Source: a candidate division FCPU426 bacterium
Lineage (GTDB): Bacteria; Oederibacteriota; PGYV01; Palsa-1178
Direction of reading: 5' to 3'
DNA length: 64,000 bases
NCBI GenBank assembly: GCA_963840035.1
Contig: CAWIXE010000002.1
Coordinates: 1,376,001-1,440,000, forward strand
The notes beneath the pieces are model-generated. The model was not told the origin of the DNA. It did not search any database and saw only the letters and a list, made by a program, of their open reading frames with translations. Numbering within the stretch: position 1 is the stretch's first letter; each line of letters begins with the position of its first letter. The position numbers and the translations under genes were made by a program. Positions 60,683 through 64,000 of the stretch are shown here, one piece after another.

Positions 60683-62515
60683 CTACTTTTCCTCGTTCAT
60701 ATTCTGCATTTCTATGGTGGCCCTTTTGCGCTTGTTTGCCTCCAGGATTTTCTTTCTCATCCTGATGTTTTTGGGGGTTATCTCAAGCAGCTCATCATCC
60801 GCGATGTATTCCATTCCCTGTTCCAGGGAAAATTTTCTCGGGGTTTCAAGCTTTATGGCGTCATCAGTGCCTGACGCCCTCATATTTGTAAGTTTTTTGC
60901 CCTTGCAGACATTTATAATCATGTCATTCTCACGGCTGTTCTCGCCGACTATCATACCCGCGTAAACCTCAGCGCCGGGATTCACAAAGAACTGCCCCCT
61001 GTCCTGCAGTTTGTCCATGGCATAAGCAACAGCCACACCCTCTTCCATTACCACAAGCACGCCGCGCGTCCTGGTCGGTACCTCGCCGCGGTAAGGGCCG
61101 TATTCATGAAATGAATGGTTCAGTATGCCCGTGCCCCTTGTCTCTGTCATAAAATCATTCCTGAAGCCGAGCAGCCCCCTGGTCGGGACCATGAACTCGA
61201 TTCTGGTATAACTGTCGGCACCCGGAACCATATTTGTCATCGTGCCTTTTCTTACTCCCATCTTTTCAATTACCATGCCCACAAATTCATTCGGGACATC
61301 TATGATGGCATGCTCTATGGGCTCATGTTTTTCGCCGTCCACATTATGGAATATTACCTGCGGCTTTGACACCTGCAGCTCAAAACCCTCGCGCCTCATA
61401 TTCTCTATCAGGATTGCCAGCTGAAGTTCGCCCCTGCCTTTTACCACAAAAGAATCGGGTGTTTCAGTATTCTCAACAATAATGGATACATTTGTCTGCA
61501 GTTCCTTATCGAGCCTTTCCCTTATATTACGCGAAGTAACGTACTTTCCTTCTTTTCCCGCGAAAGGCGAATCATTGACCTTAAAGGTCATGGACATGGT
61601 CGGCCTGTCAATATCTATGGTCGGAAGTTCAACCGGATTTTCTTTGCATGCCACAGTCTCGCCGACGTCAATAGTTTCAAGCCCGGCTATGCAAACTATG
61701 TCTCCGGCCAGGGCTTCCTTTACCTCAACCTTTGCCAGCCCTTCATACGCGAAAATCTTCGTGACTTTATACAGCAGCCTGTCGCCGCCCCTCTTCATAA
61801 GGACCACTTCATCGCCCTGCGCGACCTTTCCGTTGCATATCTTTCCGGTCCCCATTTTACCGAGGTAGTTATCGTAGGAAATGGCCGACGTCAGGAACTG
61901 AAACGGTTTGTTGACGTCACCCATGGTGTCTTCAACATGGTTTATGATCATATCAAAAAGCGGCGTTAAATCCTTTGCCTCATCATGCATGTGGTACTTT
62001 GCCACGCCTTCGCGCGCAGAGGCAAAAACTATTGGGAATTCCAGCTGGTCATCAGCCGCGTTAAGCTCCACAAATAGGTCAAATACCATGTTCACAACTT
62101 CATCGGGCCTGGCGTTCGGCCTGTCTATCTTATTTATGACGACTATCGGCATAAGGCCCAGCTCAAGGCATTTTTTCAGCACATACTTTGTCTGCGGCAT
62201 GGTACCCTCAAAAGCGTCAACCACGAGCAGGACAGAGTCAACCATCTTCAGGATACGCTGTACTTCGCCGCCGAAGTCAGCGTGGCCGGGAGTATCAACA
62301 ATATTTACCTTATAATCCTTGTAATGAAAAGCTGCATTTTTTGAAAATATGGTGATGCCGCGCTCTTTTTCCAGGTCATTTGAATCCATAACCCTTTCTT
62401 CAAGTTTCTGGTGGGACTTAAAAACACCCGACTGTCTGAGCATGGCGTCAACAAGTGTTGTTTTGCCATGGTCAACGTGGGCTACTATTGCGATATTCTT
62501 GATCTTGCGCATCAT
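60683..62515 (-). CDS. typA: Translational GTPase TypA/BipA
   Basis: AHVDHGKTT, ERGITI, DTPGHADFGGEV, GRGELQL, NMRREGFE, KKLTNMRASG; SD supports start at 62515. Confidence 0.97.
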   Translation of the reverse strand: MMRKIKNIAIVAHVDHGKTTLVDAMLRQSGVFKSHQKLEERVMDSNDLEKERGITIFSKNAAFHYKDYKVNIVDTPGHADFGGEVQRILKMVDSVLLVVDAFEGTMPQTKYVLKKCLELGLMPIVVINKIDRPNARPDEVVNMVFDLFVELNAADDQLEFPIVFASAREGVAKYHMHDEAKDLTPLFDMIINHVEDTMGDVNKPFQFLTSAISYDNYLGKMGTGKICNGKVAQGDEVVLMKRGGDRLLYKVTKIFAYEGLAKVEVKEALAGDIVCIAGLETIDVGETVACKENPVELPTIDIDRPTMSMTFKVNDSPFAGKEGKYVTSRNIRERLDKELQTNVSIIVENTETPDSFVVKGRGELQLAILIENMRREGFELQVSKPQVIFHNVDGEKHEPIEHAIIDVPNEFVGMVIEKMGVRKGTMTNMVPGADSYTRIEFMVPTRGLLGFRNDFMTETRGTGILNHSFHEYGPYRGEVPTRTRGVLVVMEEGVAVAYAMDKLQDRGQFFVNPGAEVYAGMIVGENSRENDMIINVCKGKKLTNMRASGTDDAIKLETPRKFSLEQGMEYIADDELLEITPKNIRMRKKILEANKRKRATIEMQNMNEEK

Positions 62516-62613
62516 GTTCAGGCTCCTTAAGAAACTCATATAAATGAAATAAGGCTGCATCGCAGCCTTTTTTAGTCACCTCTCACCTCTCAACGTTCTG
62601 AGGCTTTTGACCT

Positions 62614-62655
62614 AAAAAAAGAAAACCCGGGCTCTGTCAAAGATTGAGCCCGGGT
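62614..62655 (-). terminator. Intrinsic terminator inside the typA 5' leader
   Basis: Minus strand ACCCGGGCTC-11 nt-GAGCCCGGGT followed by TTTCTTTTTTT. Confidence 0.75.
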
Positions 62656-62785
62656 AAAAGCAGAATCTCGAACTACTTCTGAACAATTACCTTTCGAAAA
62701 CTGTTCCAAAGCTAGTTCTGTTTCTACTTCTACCGCTCGTCTTGTTGCAGGTTCTATTGCGCTTACCTCTTCCTCTTGCTGATAA

Positions 62786-62814
62786 ATTATAGCAGTTTAG
62801 TACTTAAATAGCAA
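62786..62814 (-). promoter_or_regulatory. Sigma70 promoter with extended -10 upstream of the typA leader
   Basis: Minus strand TTGCTA-17 nt ending in TGC-TATAAT. Confidence 0.65.
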
Positions 62815-62926
62815 GTCTTTAGTCGCTGGACGCTGGACCCAAGACCCAAGTCCCAAGATGGGACTTGCTGTTTGAGATTTACGACTTGGGTCGTGGGTCT
62901 TGCGACTTGGGCCGCATACCCCAACC

Positions 62927-63172
62927 TTATTCTATCTCCAGCGTCTCAATATCCAGCGTCTTAAAAAGCTCCATAAACGCCTTTAATTCCGCCTTTGACA
63001 TGGTGACGCCTTTGCCCATTTTACCATGGTCATCACCGGCCCATGAACGTATATCAATCTTTCCCGGCCTGTCATTCCATTTTATTATATTTACCTCTTT
63101 TTTCCAGCCTTTTGACCCTTCCCCTAAAGCGCCCAGGGTCTTTACTATTTCATACTTTATCTGATCCGCCAT
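62927..63172 (-). CDS. PC4/YdbC-family ssDNA-binding protein
   Basis: YEIVK.LG.L.E..KGWKKEVNIIKWN...K.DIRSW..DHGKMGKGVT. Confidence 0.9.
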   Translation of the reverse strand: MADQIKYEIVKTLGALGEGSKGWKKEVNIIKWNDRPGKIDIRSWAGDDHGKMGKGVTMSKAELKAFMELFKTLDIETLEIE

Positions 63173-63272
63173 GATATAACCTCCTCAATAAAATGTGAGT
63201 AGTGAGTGGTGGGTAGTGTTTAGCAAGCATCCCGTTTGCTACCCACCACCCACTACTCACAACCCACTTGTA

Positions 63273-63800
63273 TTAAAACAAATCCATCTGCCTTGGCTTA
63301 TGCTTACCTGACGGGTCCAGCTGAATAAAGCCCTTTGTCAGGTTGAATGATATAAAACCGAGAAATTCATCCAAAAACTTTCTTGCCTCGTCAGATATCT
63401 TATACTTCATGTCAGTTATGAAGCCGGCAACAGCGGATGGAATTTGAACAGCGCCCTCTTCCGAGAACAACTCGGGCCTGTTTTCCAACAAATAATTTGA
63501 TGCTGCTTCCATGGCTTTTATACCCTCATAAGCGGCTTCAGCCGCGGCTTTAGTGTCCGCGTCAGGCCCTGCGTAATCACCCGATAAGTACTCCACAAGA
63601 CTTCCATTGAAATAGAGAAGAAACGCCTTTACATCATCGGTTAGTTTCGGGTTTGACTTTTTTATGTATTCATATAACGATTCAGGAAGGTTTTTTATCT
63701 CCGCTTTTTTAAAAAGGTCAGGTTTTGTTTTCTTGAGTTTAATTACAGCTTCAGCCGTAAGCTTCAGGCCGTTATAAGCTGTCTGGGCTTCTTTACGCAT
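63273..63800 (-). CDS. Hypothetical helical protein with internal duplication and C-terminal QMDLF motif
   Basis: Two ~70-aa homologous halves; GGGAGG SD; own promoter. Confidence 0.7.
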   Translation of the reverse strand: MRKEAQTAYNGLKLTAEAVIKLKKTKPDLFKKAEIKNLPESLYEYIKKSNPKLTDDVKAFLLYFNGSLVEYLSGDYAGPDADTKAAAEAAYEGIKAMEAASNYLLENRPELFSEEGAVQIPSAVAGFITDMKYKISDEARKFLDEFLGFISFNLTKGFIQLDPSGKHKPRQMDLF

Positions 63801-63832
63801 CGCGCCTCCCTTTTAATCGTCTTTACCGGTTG

Positions 63833-63861
63833 ATTATATCACCAGTGCCTTCATATGTCAA
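63833..63861 (-). promoter_or_regulatory. Consensus sigma70 promoter with extended -10
   Basis: Minus strand TTGACA-17 nt ending in TGA-TATAAT. Confidence 0.75.
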
Positions 63862-64000
63862 AAGTATAAAAACAATATAAAACTAATGATTACGAATCGT
63901 GGGGGTTTTATACTGGCGGTCATTTAAAAAACATCATTATATATTTTATCTTTACTGTTTAATGATTTATGCTGTATATCCCGTGCGGGTCCTTTTTAAA

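Noticed and set aside
62686..62779. Arg-rich leader peptide (ARGRGKRNR...) upstream of typA
   Set aside because: No in-frame ATG, GTG or TTG precedes it after the upstream stop codon.

Overview
Mostly core chromosome of a diderm bacterium, with nearly all genes on the minus strand. The Thr-rich giant protein, PorV-like barrel and Firmicutes-like gene orders suggest a candidate-phylum lineage such as Ca. Goldbacteria (inference, unverified). Housekeeping genes include valS, nadC, birA, accA, nrdR, glyA, rpiB, spoVS, rsmI, rpmB, rel, rpsP-khpA-trmD-rplS, typA, tRNA-Thr and tRNA-Phe. Envelope loci include a secretin, two pilins with O-antigen-ligase/TPR proteins, a 2628-aa adhesin with a T9SS-like C-terminus coupled to a PorV-like gene, and a 14-kb glycosylation locus with archaeal/Chloroflexi-type DUF2298 and TIGR03663 proteins. 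The most unusual signals are non-coding. (1) A ~85-bp structured element with covarying stems sits at T^AG sites in duplicated copies of two different tRNA genes. (2) A RAYT (HUH) transposase is bounded by GTAG-REPs whose TAG supplies the stop codons of both neighbouring genes, and other GTAG-REP families lie nearby. (3) About 13 intergenic arrays of 7-bp repeats, many as inverted pairs, use several different repeat units. (4) A long structured leader with a terminator precedes typA. Also noted: three apparently leaderless genes, a Cys-less YwlE-like pseudophosphatase, a frameshifted Pro-rich lipoprotein, an orphan CapV-like patatin, and an internally duplicated protein ending in a beta-clamp motif next to a PC4-like ssDNA-binding protein. 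All protein calls come from motif recognition; no database searches were run.
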